From: an uncultured delta proteobacterium
Lineage (GTDB): Bacteria; Bdellovibrionota; FAC87; UBA2466
Direction of reading: 5' to 3'
Length of the DNA: 64,000 nt
NCBI GenBank assembly: GCA_963778115.1
Contig: CAVZSV010000004.1
Span: 576,001-640,000, forward strand
The notes under the pieces were generated by a model. It did no database searches and was not told the origin of the DNA. It saw only the letters and a list, made by a program, of their open reading frames with translations. The translations under genes and the position numbers were made by a program. Below, in pieces: positions 18,265 to 29,148 of this stretch. Every line of letters starts with the position of its first letter. Within the stretch, counting starts at the first letter, position 1.

Positions 18265-19305
18265 ATGAATTCTCAAGAATTAGAAAAAAGTAATGTTCCT
18301 AGCGAAGCTCTCACCGCTCAACTCTCGGAAGACTCCAAGACCTTAAATCTCATCATCAGTGAATCGGCGAAAGTTATCGTCGGACAGGAAAAGATGATGA
18401 GATCTTTACTAGTGGGGCTATTGACCGGCGGTCATGTCCTTCTTGAAGGGCTTCCGGGACTGGCAAAGACGCTGGCCGTAAAAACGTTAGCCACCATCTT
18501 AGATGCTAAATTCCAGCGCATTCAATTTACGCCCGATCTGCTTCCCAGTGATCTAATCGGTACCATGATCTACCGCGAACAGACCGGAGAATTTGTTCCG
18601 AAGAAAGGTCCCATCTTTTCCAATATCGTGCTCGCTGATGAAATTAATCGTGCCCCCGCCAAAGTGCAAAGTGCTTTGCTCGAAGCGATGGCGGAAAAGC
18701 AGGTGACCATCGGAGAGACGACTTATCACCTTGACGAGCCTTTTTTGGTTTTAGCGACGCAAAATCCTATCGAGCAGGAAGGGACATACCAACTCCCAGA
18801 AGCCCAACTCGACAGATTCATGTTCAAGATCAAAGTCGATTATCCCAGCCGCGAAGAAGAGCGCGTTATTTTGGATCGCATGGCGACACACGCCGAAATT
18901 CCCCGAAGTCATGGCATCGTTTCCTCAAAAAAGATTCTTGAGATTCGCAGTCACATTAACGACGTTTATCTGGATGAACGCATCAAGGAATATGTTTTGC
19001 GCTTGGTAATGGCGACACGCGGAAATGAGACGATGACCAATCAGGAGGCAAAACAAGACGCGCTCCGAGAGATTCGAAGCAGCATTCAGATTGGGGCTTC
19101 TCCCCGAGCCACCATTTTCACTTGCCGTGCCGCCAAAGCATACGCTTTACTGGAAAATCGAAATTACGTCGTTCCCGATGATGTGAAGGCCGTGGCAGTG
19201 GAGATTTTCCGACACCGTCTCATCCTCACCTTCGAAGCCGAAGCGCGAAACCTAACTGCAGACGAGTTGATCTTAAAATTGCTAGAAACGATCGTCGTTC
19301 CCTAA
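18265..19305 (+). CDS. MoxR family AAA+ ATPase
   Basis: LLEGLPGLAKT, RIQFTPDLLPSD, LADEINRA, ATQNPIEQEGTY. Confidence 0.95.
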   Translation: MNSQELEKSNVPSEALTAQLSEDSKTLNLIISESAKVIVGQEKMMRSLLVGLLTGGHVLLEGLPGLAKTLAVKTLATILDAKFQRIQFTPDLLPSDLIGTMIYREQTGEFVPKKGPIFSNIVLADEINRAPAKVQSALLEAMAEKQVTIGETTYHLDEPFLVLATQNPIEQEGTYQLPEAQLDRFMFKIKVDYPSREEERVILDRMATHAEIPRSHGIVSSKKILEIRSHINDVYLDERIKEYVLRLVMATRGNETMTNQEAKQDALREIRSSIQIGASPRATIFTCRAAKAYALLENRNYVVPDDVKAVAVEIFRHRLILTFEAEARNLTADELILKLLETIVVP

Positions 19306-19315
19306 CGAGGCTGTT

Positions 19316-20197
19316 GTGCAATTCAGTGAACAACTGCTCAAGGCCGTCGCCGAGCTTGAACTCAAAGCGAAACGCAACGTGACCGCCCTGCTTGCAGGGA
19401 ATTACCGAACCGCTTTTCGTGGAAGCGGAATGCAGTTTAAAGAATTTCGTCATTATGAACCGGGCGACGATATCCGTCACATGAGCTGGTTGGTAACTGC
19501 TCGCACCGGACGCGCCACGATTAAAACCTACGAAGAAGACAGAGATCTCGACGTTATTTTAGTGGTGGACACGAGCGGATCCTCTCTTTTCGGGTTAACC
19601 CACAAGCGAAAAGTAGACATGTACGCGGAACTTGTAGCGCTAGTGGGGCTCGCAGCCCTGAAGTCGGGAGATAATGTGGGTCTTCATCTATTTAACGATG
19701 GACCACAACTTTATCTCCCTCCGAAGAGAACACGCCAACAGGTCCTAGCTTCCGTAGCCCATGTGCTAAGTCAACCCTCACGGGGAACGCGCAGCGACTT
19801 AAAATCAACGCTTGTCCAATTGAGGGGCTTGGTAAAAAGCCGCTCGTTGATCATTATCTTCTCCGATTTCTGGGTGCCCCCTTTCGAAATGGAACTCAGT
19901 CGCCTTACACGCAAACACGAAGTCGTTCTTCTTCATTGTTACGATGACGCGGAACGTGGCTCTCAGATCAATGGTGTTTTTGAAGTCTGCGATCCGGAGA
20001 GCGGTAAATTTTTCCTGCTCGATGGAAGTTCCAAGAAAATAAAACGAAAACTCTCAGAGCAACACACCCTTTTGACGAATCAACTAGAGACTACATCCGA
20101 CCGTTGTGGAGCGGATTATCTCTCTTTAAGTGTAGAAGATGACTATCTGCAAAGACTGGTTAACTTTTTTCGCCGTCGTGGCCCTGCTCGCGTGTAA
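19316..20197 (+). CDS. DUF58 domain protein
   Basis: GSGMQFKEFRHYEPGDDIRHMSW..TAR, DTSGS. Confidence 0.92.
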   Translation: MQFSEQLLKAVAELELKAKRNVTALLAGNYRTAFRGSGMQFKEFRHYEPGDDIRHMSWLVTARTGRATIKTYEEDRDLDVILVVDTSGSSLFGLTHKRKVDMYAELVALVGLAALKSGDNVGLHLFNDGPQLYLPPKRTRQQVLASVAHVLSQPSRGTRSDLKSTLVQLRGLVKSRSLIIIFSDFWVPPFEMELSRLTRKHEVVLLHCYDDAERGSQINGVFEVCDPESGKFFLLDGSSKKIKRKLSEQHTLLTNQLETTSDRCGADYLSLSVEDDYLQRLVNFFRRRGPARV

Positions 20198-21030
20198 TGC
20201 ACTATTCGCGTCGACGCTTAAGTTTTCTCTCGACCCGAAAGTGATTATGCCTGGCGAACACGCACGTCTTGAAATTAGGATCCCCTCCCAAGGTCTGCCC
20301 TCTATCACGGATTCGCCTCCCGTTATTCACGATGAGTTGCTCACTAAAGCCGACTCCCTTCGCATCGTAGAGCAGAGTTTCAATAATCGCGGGAATGAAC
20401 TGGTCTGGACCTATGATCTAACGTTAACCAAACTCGGAAAGACAACGGTTCCCCCCGTCGAAATTCAATTGGGAAGCCAAAGCTTCTCCACTGAGGCTAC
20501 TTTACTCGAATTAAAGTCTCCCCGACAGCAAGGGGACGATAACCTGCGAGATGATTTTTGGCCCCGTGAGCCCTCCGATGCACTGGGGTCCTTGGATAAA
20601 GCTTTTTGCCCTTCTATTCTTTCTTGTCGGTGGTGGTTTGGCCTTGTACCGGTGGTTCCGCAGTCGCTTGCAACGTCGCCCGCCGCCCAAACCTCCAGCT
20701 CCAGAGCCTGGGGAGTCCGCTTTGGAATGGTTGCAGAAAAGGCTAAAAGAGATTCGTGTGCGACTAGAAAGTTCCAAGGACGGCGAGGCTGGTATCGACG
20801 AGCTTACGATCACCATCCGTCATTTCTTCGAACTCGTGTCTCGCAACCCCGTGGAAGCGTGGACCACTCGAGAATTTACCTCTCGATTTTCCAAGGATGA
20901 AATAGCTCAGCGCGTGAGCACAGTACTCAGTCGCTGCGACGCTTGGAAGTTCGGCCGCCAAAGTGACGAGCCTCCCCGAGACATTGCTTTTGCCTGTTTA
21001 GAGGAAACGGAGAAGATTTTACTCCCATGA
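20139..21030 (+). CDS. Bat-operon accessory membrane protein with apparent frameshift at T5 run 20555-20559
   Basis: Overlapping ORFs 20139-20900 and 20551-21030 join (LRDDF/GPVSPP) into signal peptide + Ig-like domain + TM + TTREF/CDAWKF domain. Confidence 0.7.
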
Positions 21031-22040
21031 ACGCGATTTCCGATCCCAGGACACTACTATTATTAATTCTCCCGCTGGGAGCAGCGCTCATTTTTGTATT
21101 GAAAGGACGATCCGAAAAACGAAAGGGACTTCTGCCCTTCTCGGGACCCTTAGGTTTTCTTGAAAAGGAGACCAAACGAACGCGTACGGCTTTTCGTCTG
21201 CTTTTTCTAGCGACTGTTGTGGCGCTTTGCCTAATGGTATACGTCGTATCCCGTCCTTTTGAACTGAGACCAAAATTGAAGCGAACCGGAGAAGGGATCG
21301 ATATTCTCATCGCTTTAGATACCTCGGAGTCGATGGATGCCGACGATTTCGAACCGAGTCGTATCGATGTCGCCAAAACGGTAATTCGTGATTTCATAAA
21401 GCGTCGTACCGAAGATCGAATCGGTATTATTGTCTTCTCGGGAGACGCCGTCACCAAGTGCCCTCTCACCCGAGACTATGATTTCTTACTCTCTCAAGTA
21501 GAAGACATCCATCTTAGGGAAATGAAACAAGGGACCGCCATCGGGATGGGGCTGGCTAATGGAGTTGCTCGGCTCAGAAATTCCGAATCAAAAACAAAAG
21601 TCATCATCTTACTAACCGATGGAGATAGTAACGTCGGGGCCATCAATCCCGCAACAGCGGCTCACTTAGCGAGGCAAGAAGGGATTAAGGTCTATACCAT
21701 CGGTATCGGCAAAGCCAACCGAGTCGTAGTCCCCATTTACGCTTACGACGTTTATGGACGACGAACGCAGCTGGTGGCGCAGGTGCCTTCTTATCTCAAT
21801 CCGGAACTGCTTCAGGAGATAGCCCGCCTCACGGGCGGAAAAGCCTACATGGCACGGGATCCCGGAATGTTGACCCGATTCGTTCAGGAGGTCGACTCGC
21901 TAGAGAAGACTAAAGTAAAGATAACAAAAACCGAGGAGCGGGAAGAACGCTATCTGATTCCCGCCATGATCGCTAGTCTGCTCATCTTTATAGTAATTTT
22001 CCTTCGTGAAACCAGATTTCGAAAAGCGAGGGTAGCATAA
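21027..22040 (+). CDS. batA: BatA-like VWA domain protein
   Basis: DTSESM MIDAS, GTAIG, LLTDG, YTIGIG. Confidence 0.85.
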   Translation: MNAISDPRTLLLLILPLGAALIFVLKGRSEKRKGLLPFSGPLGFLEKETKRTRTAFRLLFLATVVALCLMVYVVSRPFELRPKLKRTGEGIDILIALDTSESMDADDFEPSRIDVAKTVIRDFIKRRTEDRIGIIVFSGDAVTKCPLTRDYDFLLSQVEDIHLREMKQGTAIGMGLANGVARLRNSESKTKVIILLTDGDSNVGAINPATAAHLARQEGIKVYTIGIGKANRVVVPIYAYDVYGRRTQLVAQVPSYLNPELLQEIARLTGGKAYMARDPGMLTRFVQEVDSLEKTKVKITKTEEREERYLIPAMIASLLIFIVIFLRETRFRKARVA

Positions 22041-23683
22041 TGGTAATGCACTTCGCAGAGCCTTGGGCGTTTTGGGGATTTCTTCCCGTAACCGCACTCG
22101 CGCTCATTATGATTCACTATCGAAAGGGTAACAGATTCCGCAGTCGCTTTTTCCTTTGCATCACCGCCTTGAGCCTTTGTGTCCTGGGGCTGGCACGCCC
22201 CCAGATGGGACACGTCGCGACCAATAGCCAAACGGCGAGATTTCAAATGTTTCTGGCCATGGATGTTTCAAATAGCATGTTGGCCACTGATGTGACTCCT
22301 AGCCGAATGGATTTTTCGATAACCTTCGCTGAGAAATTGATTCAAGAGCTAAAAGGGGTGAAAGTCGCTCTGTTTCCTTTCGCACTGGATGGCTATATGC
22401 AGATGCCGCTTACCAACGACTTGGCGGCCGCGGCTGATATGATCTCTTCTTTAAATCCTAATGTAACAACCAACCAGGGAACCGACATTTCGGCTTCACT
22501 TGAGACTCTGTTTCGCTACATCGCTCGGCTTGAGCGAGCCGCCAAGGCCAACGGCGCCGAGTGGTTTCCCACACAGGTCGTTCTGCTAAGCGACGGAGAG
22601 AGCCACTATCCCATCCGCGATGAAATCACTCGTCTTTATCGCAACGCCAGGATTCCCATCTTTACCGTGGGCATTGGAACGGCTTCCGGAAGTACGATTC
22701 CCACCGAGCGGCGATTGGGCGGCAGAGATACGTTGCGTGATCGCACGGGACAAGTGGTGAGAACCCAGCTTCATGCGGAAATGTTGCAAAGAATAAGCTC
22801 TCTCAGCGGCGGCGATTACTTCACCGCTCAGTTCAATGAGGTCGACAGGCTCGCTAAGCGACTCACGCAATCGGCGGAGATAGGAAAACTTTCCACTTCA
22901 TTTAAAGCAGACAAAGAGTTTTTCCCTCTATGTTTCTTAATCGCGTTATTGTTACTGATGGCCGAATTTGCCTCGGGACAGTGGGAATATGCAATTCGAG
23001 GTATTGCCCTGGGATGGCTATTGTTTTGGGTAGCGTCTCCGATGGTTAGCCATGCGCAAACAACCTCCGATCGAATAGCCGATTCAGCAACCGTTCCCGG
23101 GGCACAAAACAATGAATCGTCCGCTGACGTCGATGGGATGGACGATGAAACGCGCGCCATTCTGGAATATAACAACGCAACGGTGCTCACTCGACAGAAC
23201 AATCTCATCAAAGCGGCCGAGATGTTTCAAGAGAGTTCCCTATTGACGCAAGACCCGACGCTCAAGAAGAAGGCCCTCTACAACCTCGGCAACACGTTTC
23301 TAAAACAAGGGGATCTTGAACAGGCGATCGACTCCCTCCAACAGGCTTATGAAGTAAAGACAAAGACTAAAGAGTTCAATACTGAGGCAAATAAGAAAAT
23401 TTCCGATGAGTTGGCGCTAGCCTATCGACTTTTGGAAGAGATGAAAAAACAGCAGCAAAAGGATGGGAACGGAAAAGGAAATTCCCAAGGAGATGACGAC
23501 AAACCGGGCTCTGCTCCGCAAGACCAGAAGGGGCCTCAAAAATTTAAGGCACAGGATTTCGATGGAGCCCAAAAGCAGCGCATTTTCGACTTGGTGGCCG
23601 CGGAAGAACAGGAAGCGCTCCAAAGAATCCAAGAGCAAAAGAATCAGAATCACGTCTCCAAACTAAACGAAAAACCATGGTAA
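22040..23683 (+). CDS. BatB-like VWA domain fused to BatC-like TPR region
   Basis: DVSNSM MIDAS, LSDGE, then ALYNLGN TPR, Q/D/K linker and C-terminal KPW. Confidence 0.85.
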   Translation: MVMHFAEPWAFWGFLPVTALALIMIHYRKGNRFRSRFFLCITALSLCVLGLARPQMGHVATNSQTARFQMFLAMDVSNSMLATDVTPSRMDFSITFAEKLIQELKGVKVALFPFALDGYMQMPLTNDLAAAADMISSLNPNVTTNQGTDISASLETLFRYIARLERAAKANGAEWFPTQVVLLSDGESHYPIRDEITRLYRNARIPIFTVGIGTASGSTIPTERRLGGRDTLRDRTGQVVRTQLHAEMLQRISSLSGGDYFTAQFNEVDRLAKRLTQSAEIGKLSTSFKADKEFFPLCFLIALLLLMAEFASGQWEYAIRGIALGWLLFWVASPMVSHAQTTSDRIADSATVPGAQNNESSADVDGMDDETRAILEYNNATVLTRQNNLIKAAEMFQESSLLTQDPTLKKKALYNLGNTFLKQGDLEQAIDSLQQAYEVKTKTKEFNTEANKKISDELALAYRLLEEMKKQQQKDGNGKGNSQGDDDKPGSAPQDQKGPQKFKAQDFDGAQKQRIFDLVAAEEQEALQRIQEQKNQNHVSKLNEKPW

Positions 23684-24996
23684 GACTTCTTTCCTCGTTT
23701 GTCTTTTTTTTGCTAGCTCTACTCGGGACTCTCTCATGGAGTGCCGAAAACGAACCCGTCTTTAAAATGGAATTCTCGAAAAAGGAGGTCTACGTCGGCG
23801 AGCAAGTCATGTGTAACTTCGTCGTCTACTCGCCCGACACGGTAGTCGAAGTGGAGGTCGCTAAATTTCCCGAGTTCCGAGGTTTTTGGAAGGAGAACTT
23901 AGTCCTTCGCCAAGGGCCTATCCCCACTTCTCCAGGATTGCACGGTCAACTCAACCAAGCGGTCGTCGGAACTTATGTATTAACGCCCATGCAGGGGGAA
24001 CAGGATCCGCTCATCGAGCCGATGAAAGTCGTTATCCGCAATCCCAATAGCCATCTCATCGAAGGGAGCACCCCTCCAGATTTTACCTATAGTGACGGCC
24101 CCCCCCCAAAAATAAAGCCTTTGCCGAAATTACCAGCGGGGGAAGATCCTAAGGCTTTTACCGGAGCGGTGGGCCGATTTAGTTTCTATCCTGGAGATAA
24201 CCATGTTCCCTTTCAAAAAGAAGACCCTGCCCAATTTCGAATAACACTCACGGGACAGGGAAATTTCCAAGACATCAATGCACTTCCCCTCCCTTTCCCC
24301 GCGACCATGCAAGAGCTTTCCAGGCAATCTTTTCAGCAGGGCACTACTCAAGTGAACGCCAAGAGCTTCGAGTACACCGTTCAAATTCAAGGCGACCGTA
24401 CGTTCTCGCTACCAGCCGCTCCCTTCATTTATTTTGATCCGGATGCGGGAAATTACCAAAAAATTTATACGCCACCCATCGAATTCACGTTTCTAAAAAC
24501 CGAAGCGCCTACACCAGCGGAGGAGGAGACGCCGGCGCGATTAAGTCCACTTGAAACTTCGGTGTCCGTCTATCATCCGCTTTCCCAATCGCTTCCCTTC
24601 TGGATGGTGCAAATCGTAATTTTCCTAGGGCTCACTTTCTTTTCTTTGAAACGGCTACTTCGACTAAGAAGGCTAGACTTAAGTAAACGTCCCAGCTTCC
24701 AACGGCGGCAGCGACTTATCCAGGCTAGGGAACTTTTTCAATCTGGTCGTCTCGAGGCTTTCCTTAAAGAGGCCGACTCCCTAGCCCGGGACTGCCTCTC
24801 GGCCCGCATCAAAATCGCCCCGGGACTCCCCAAGTCCGAGCTTCTCAAACAGGCTAGTGGAAGAATCGAACCCAGTTTAATTACCGCCGCACAGAATATT
24901 TTCTCCGCTTATGAACAGTTAGCCTTCCGCCCCGACCACCAAGCCATCAATAATGCCGAAGGGATTGTGAAATCTCTTGAAAAATTAGTCGGTTAG
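23677..24996 (+). CDS. batD: BatD family protein
   Basis: Signal peptide, EVYVGEQ, FTGAVGRF, G.GN, YFDP; last gene of Bat operon. Confidence 0.8.
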   Translation: MVRLLSSFVFFLLALLGTLSWSAENEPVFKMEFSKKEVYVGEQVMCNFVVYSPDTVVEVEVAKFPEFRGFWKENLVLRQGPIPTSPGLHGQLNQAVVGTYVLTPMQGEQDPLIEPMKVVIRNPNSHLIEGSTPPDFTYSDGPPPKIKPLPKLPAGEDPKAFTGAVGRFSFYPGDNHVPFQKEDPAQFRITLTGQGNFQDINALPLPFPATMQELSRQSFQQGTTQVNAKSFEYTVQIQGDRTFSLPAAPFIYFDPDAGNYQKIYTPPIEFTFLKTEAPTPAEEETPARLSPLETSVSVYHPLSQSLPFWMVQIVIFLGLTFFSLKRLLRLRRLDLSKRPSFQRRQRLIQARELFQSGRLEAFLKEADSLARDCLSARIKIAPGLPKSELLKQASGRIEPSLITAAQNIFSAYEQLAFRPDHQAINNAEGIVKSLEKLVG

Positions 24997-25086
24997 CTCG
25001 AGGTGATGGCAAGCGCATTGGAGTTGACTTCCTGAATTATTTCCATAACATATAGGGCCTTCGAAGGACTATTGAGGAGACAAGTA

Positions 25087-25299
25087 GTGGCAAGAATTAC
25101 CGTAGAAGATTGTTTAGAAAGAGTTCCTAATCGGTTTGAGCTAATCCATCTGGCTTCCAAACGCGTGAAACAGATCGCCAAAGGCTCAAAGCCTCTGATT
25201 TCCCAACCCGGAAATAAGGCGGCCGTATTGGCGCTTCGTGAAATCGCGGCTGGATTCGTGGATAAAGTGAAGACCAGCGACAAGAACGGTTCGACGTAA
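25087..25299 (+). CDS. rpoZ: RNA polymerase omega subunit
   Basis: ARITVEDCL, NRFEL, ALREIA; GAGGAG RBS before GTG. Confidence 0.95.
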   Translation: MARITVEDCLERVPNRFELIHLASKRVKQIAKGSKPLISQPGNKAAVLALREIAAGFVDKVKTSDKNGST

Positions 25300-25520
25300 C
25301 TCTTGTCCAAAATAGTCGCAACGTAACCCCCATTACGTGAAGCGCGTCCTCCTGTAGAGCGTGGCGAAGCGTGACTGTTTTGATGGCGTTTGGTTTGAGC
25401 AAAATGAAGTTAAAACTTCTATCAGTTCCCCATGCGCTACTAAATGGCGGTCTTTGCAGCCTCAAGGGCTAAGGTTAGCAGCTCACGTCTTGGAGCAGAT
25501 CGCTATTGAGGAGATCTCTA

Positions 25521-26972
25521 ATGAAGAAAAGTCTCATTAACACTCTTGTCATGATCGTTATTCTGGCAGGAATGGTAGCTTGGTACCTCATCTACGAAAA
25601 GCGAGTGCGGCCCGAACAAAAGATTGCGGAAGAAAAAGAAAAACTGCTCTTTACTGAAAAACAAGATGCTATCCAGTACATCACGATAAGTCCGCGCCAA
25701 CCTAAAACAGCCGATGCCAAAAATCCCGCCGAACCCACGATCAAACTTAAGAAGACGGGAAATGATTGGAGCATAATCGAGCCTATTACCGATACGGCTG
25801 AAAATGCCAATGTGACTCAGATCCTAAACACACTGGCGACGACGAGCTACGAACGCATCGTGGAAGAGCACGCGAAAGATCTAGCTACTTACGGCCTCTC
25901 CGACCCGTCCCTGAAAGTGACCTTAACGAAAGATGCGAACTCTCCCGGCGAAACCATCCTTTTGGGAGATGATACTCCCGTAGGAGCGGGAGTTTATGCT
26001 AAGACCGCGCAGGGCGACACCGTCTACAAAATGCCAGCGTCCTTTAAGTCGTCGCTTAATAAGAAACTCTTTGATCTCAGAAATAAGAGGTTGATTGATT
26101 TTGCGCGATTTGAAGTCTCTGAAGTCGAAGTGCAAGAAGGGAAAGATTCGTTCCTTTTAACCAAGGGAGCCAAAGAGGACTGGATGCTAGCTAGAGACAA
26201 CATTCCCGCCGATACCTCTGAAGTGAATAAGTTACTCACGGCAACCGTGGATCTAAGGGCCAAAACATTCGCTTCGGAAGACGGTAAGAACTTAGCTCAG
26301 TATGGTCTTGCTTCTCCCGCGGTAAAGGTGGCTTTAACTAAAGGAAAGGATAAAGACAAAAAACAGGTCTCCCTATGGTTAGGAAAGACTAAAGATAAGT
26401 TTTACGCAAAACGCGAAGACAAACCGGTCGTCATCGAAATCGAAAAAGACGCGTTTGAAAAAGCAAGCCGGCCGGGGACCGCATACCGAAGTCTAGAACT
26501 CGCCAAGTTTAACCGCTTTGACGTCAATCAGATCCGTTTGGAGAGAGGCCACCAACTGATTGATCTCACCAAAGATGACAAAGACTGGTCGCTTGTGGGA
26601 GAACCCAAATTTAAGGTCGATACCACTAAAGTAGACGGGTTGCTTGCCCAGCTCCAAGACACGAAAGCTCTCAAATATCTTTCCAAAGCCGATTCCAAAT
26701 TGGTCAAATCGCCGGCGCTGAAAGTCCAAATCTTCGAAAAGTCGGGCACCAAAGACAAACCTAAGGTTATCCTCGTCTTCGGCAAGAAGCAGAAAGATTT
26801 CATTCCTGTCGTTCGAGAAGGATTAGATCTTCCTCTGGCTATCAAAGAAGCAGATTTTTCTAAAATTGACTTAGGCAAACATGTTTTTGAGAAAGCCCCA
26901 GAGCCGACGGCCGCCCCTAAAGTGCAAGAGGAAAAAAGTGGCCTCAATCCAGCTTCCCCAAATAAAAGTTGA
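25521..26972 (+). CDS. DUF4340 domain protein
   Basis: N-terminal TM, repeated L..YGL..P and LR.K motifs. Confidence 0.8.
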   Translation: MKKSLINTLVMIVILAGMVAWYLIYEKRVRPEQKIAEEKEKLLFTEKQDAIQYITISPRQPKTADAKNPAEPTIKLKKTGNDWSIIEPITDTAENANVTQILNTLATTSYERIVEEHAKDLATYGLSDPSLKVTLTKDANSPGETILLGDDTPVGAGVYAKTAQGDTVYKMPASFKSSLNKKLFDLRNKRLIDFARFEVSEVEVQEGKDSFLLTKGAKEDWMLARDNIPADTSEVNKLLTATVDLRAKTFASEDGKNLAQYGLASPAVKVALTKGKDKDKKQVSLWLGKTKDKFYAKREDKPVVIEIEKDAFEKASRPGTAYRSLELAKFNRFDVNQIRLERGHQLIDLTKDDKDWSLVGEPKFKVDTTKVDGLLAQLQDTKALKYLSKADSKLVKSPALKVQIFEKSGTKDKPKVILVFGKKQKDFIPVVREGLDLPLAIKEADFSKIDLGKHVFEKAPEPTAAPKVQEEKSGLNPASPNKS

Positions 26973-27006
26973 GTAAACGGTGACTATTAAGCCGAGGAGT
27001 TAGCAG

Positions 27007-27798
27007 ATGATGTCAAACGTAAAAGGTCGATGGGCGTTGATCCTAGGAGCTTCCAGCGGGTTCGGGGAAGCTATCTCCGTAAAACTAGCGGAAAGCGGAA
27101 TGAACATCGCTGGCGTTCATCTCGATCGAAAAGGAACATTGCCACACGTCGAAGAGGTCGTACAAAAGATAAAAAGTTTTGGAACTAAAGCGATGTTCTT
27201 CAATGTGAATGCGGCGGATAAGGAAAAGCGTCAGGAGGTCCTGACTGAATTGGCTAAGCAAGCTGAGACCGGAGTCCATTGTCTTGTTCACTCACTGGCC
27301 TTTGGAACTTTGAAACCTTTCGTTACCAAGGAAGAGAAAGAGCGGATATCCAAAGAGCAGATGGAGATGACTCTCGATGTGATGGCCAATAGTTTGGTCT
27401 ACTGGACTCAAGACCTGTTCCAAAAAGACATGCTCCCCAAGGGATCTCGCATTTTTGCCATGACCTCTTCCGGAGGAACCCGGGTATGGCCTACTTATGG
27501 AGCGGTTTCAGGAGCCAAAGCAGCTCTGGAATCTCATTGCCGGCAGCTGGCCCTTGAATTGGGAAGCCATGGAGTTTCAGTGAATGCGATTCGTGCCGGA
27601 GTGACCGACACGCCAGCCCTTAGAAAAATCCCTGGCCATGAAAAAATGATTGAGATTGCCTCCACTCGAAATCCTTGGGGAAGACTCACTACTCCTCAGG
27701 ATGTCGCCGAAATGGTCTCTCTTCTAGTTCATGATGAAGCTGCTTGGCTTACGGGAAATACACTGGGTGTTGATGGCGGCGAAGATATTGTCGGCTAA
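27007..27798 (+). CDS. SDR oxidoreductase, enoyl-ACP reductase (FabL/FabI-like)
   Basis: GASSGFG, Y-x6-K (YGAVSGAK), VDGG. Confidence 0.85.
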   Translation: MMSNVKGRWALILGASSGFGEAISVKLAESGMNIAGVHLDRKGTLPHVEEVVQKIKSFGTKAMFFNVNAADKEKRQEVLTELAKQAETGVHCLVHSLAFGTLKPFVTKEEKERISKEQMEMTLDVMANSLVYWTQDLFQKDMLPKGSRIFAMTSSGGTRVWPTYGAVSGAKAALESHCRQLALELGSHGVSVNAIRAGVTDTPALRKIPGHEKMIEIASTRNPWGRLTTPQDVAEMVSLLVHDEAAWLTGNTLGVDGGEDIVG

Positions 27799-27800
27799 AC

Positions 27801-28304
27801 ATGGATAATTTCCTTTTATATCTTTGGCTAGCTTCGATGGGAATCTCCACAATCGGATGTCTCGTTCTAATCATTGTTAGCGTCTACCAAAATAAGAAAA
27901 GTGGAAAGCCCTGGCTGAAGACGAGAACAGCGCAGTTTGCGACCACTTTTTGGCAAAGTGTACTTGGAGTTCCCATCCTAGTTGTGGTCTGCTGTAAAAT
28001 CGCAGCTCACGTCTCAAGCCCTCTTATTGCCCCTGTCCTTCCCTTAATAATCGTTCTGGTGTTTACCGTTATTGCGATCCGTAGGTCCGCCACCGTTCAA
28101 AATTCCCTGGATTGGAAAATTCTTCTTCTGACCGCCATCTCCTGGATCCCGGTAACGGTGTATGTCTATTTCTTTTGGGAAATCTTCAGAACAACTGGTG
28201 GATATATTCCGATCCCTGAAATGGTCATGCTGGTTTACAGCCCCGTCTGTATCCTTATGACGCTATGGGCATCTAATCTCTTTGTTCCGCGCCCTGAAAC
28301 TTAG
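27801..28304 (+). CDS. Hypothetical multi-pass membrane protein
   Basis: About five hydrophobic segments. Confidence 0.65.
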   Translation: MDNFLLYLWLASMGISTIGCLVLIIVSVYQNKKSGKPWLKTRTAQFATTFWQSVLGVPILVVVCCKIAAHVSSPLIAPVLPLIIVLVFTVIAIRRSATVQNSLDWKILLLTAISWIPVTVYVYFFWEIFRTTGGYIPIPEMVMLVYSPVCILMTLWASNLFVPRPET

Positions 28305-29095
28305 GGAATCGCTATTTCAGGACTTTGAGAGGTCTGCGTCTGCAGAGAAGAGCTTCCTTGAATTCCCCGAAGCACTTGGGTGAGCAGTCGATAGCTTCGT
28401 TTGCTAGTTAAGAATCCCCCATGCGAGACTCCGGGGATTTCGATCGATTCGACGGAGCCAGGATCAGCGGCTAGCATATTAATTCGTGTCGCTTTAAGAG
28501 GGCAAAGCAGGTCGTCCTTGGAGCAAATCGAAATCATGCGAAAACCGACCGGAAGTCGGGTGTGATTAATTTTTTTAATGAAAGGAGAAATTGGCAACAT
28601 CTGAAGTAAGCATCGAGCCTTAAGAATAAGATGACAAAATAACCCCATGACGGCCAGCCAGGTTCCTTGGTGTGGAGTGGCAAGCGTCACCAATCCATCA
28701 CAATAATGAAAGCCTCCCAGTTGTTGGACATAATACCGGGCGACCAGTCCTCCGGCCGAATGCGCCACTAAATAGATCTGAGTGTTTCCTCGACACGGTC
28801 CTTTTCTTAATTTCAAAACGACTGAGGATAGTTTTTCGGCCATCCTATATAACCCCTGCACTCCATCAGAGAGAGCCTGCCAATCAAGCGCCAGAATAAC
28901 TACGCTATACCCATCTTTCTTTAATCTACGACGCATCACCGACAGGTTGCGATTCGTGGCGGCAAAACCGGAAACTAAGATTATGGTGGGTTTACTTCCA
29001 TCGACCTGTTCAAGTCTTTCCCATTCAGGCAAAGCTCTCCCCGGCAGGACTTGGAATAGGTCGGATAGCAGGGATCGAAAATGGCGCCAGCTCAC
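28301..29095 (-). CDS. Alpha/beta hydrolase (lipase/esterase-like)
   Basis: LVAHSAGG nucleophile elbow, LATPHQG, C-terminal SH. Confidence 0.85.
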   Translation of the reverse strand: MSWRHFRSLLSDLFQVLPGRALPEWERLEQVDGSKPTIILVSGFAATNRNLSVMRRRLKKDGYSVVILALDWQALSDGVQGLYRMAEKLSSVVLKLRKGPCRGNTQIYLVAHSAGGLVARYYVQQLGGFHYCDGLVTLATPHQGTWLAVMGLFCHLILKARCLLQMLPISPFIKKINHTRLPVGFRMISICSKDDLLCPLKATRINMLAADPGSVESIEIPGVSHGGFLTSKRSYRLLTQVLRGIQGSSSLQTQTSQSPEIAIP

Positions 29096-29148
29096 TACTC
29101 ACATTCGGCTCATTCTTTGAATCGAATGAGTGAAGTGAATATGATTTT

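Noticed and set aside
25021..25065. dif-like TTATGGAAAT half-site on the minus strand
   Set aside because: No XerC arm; better explained as the rpoZ promoter (TTGACT...CATAAC)
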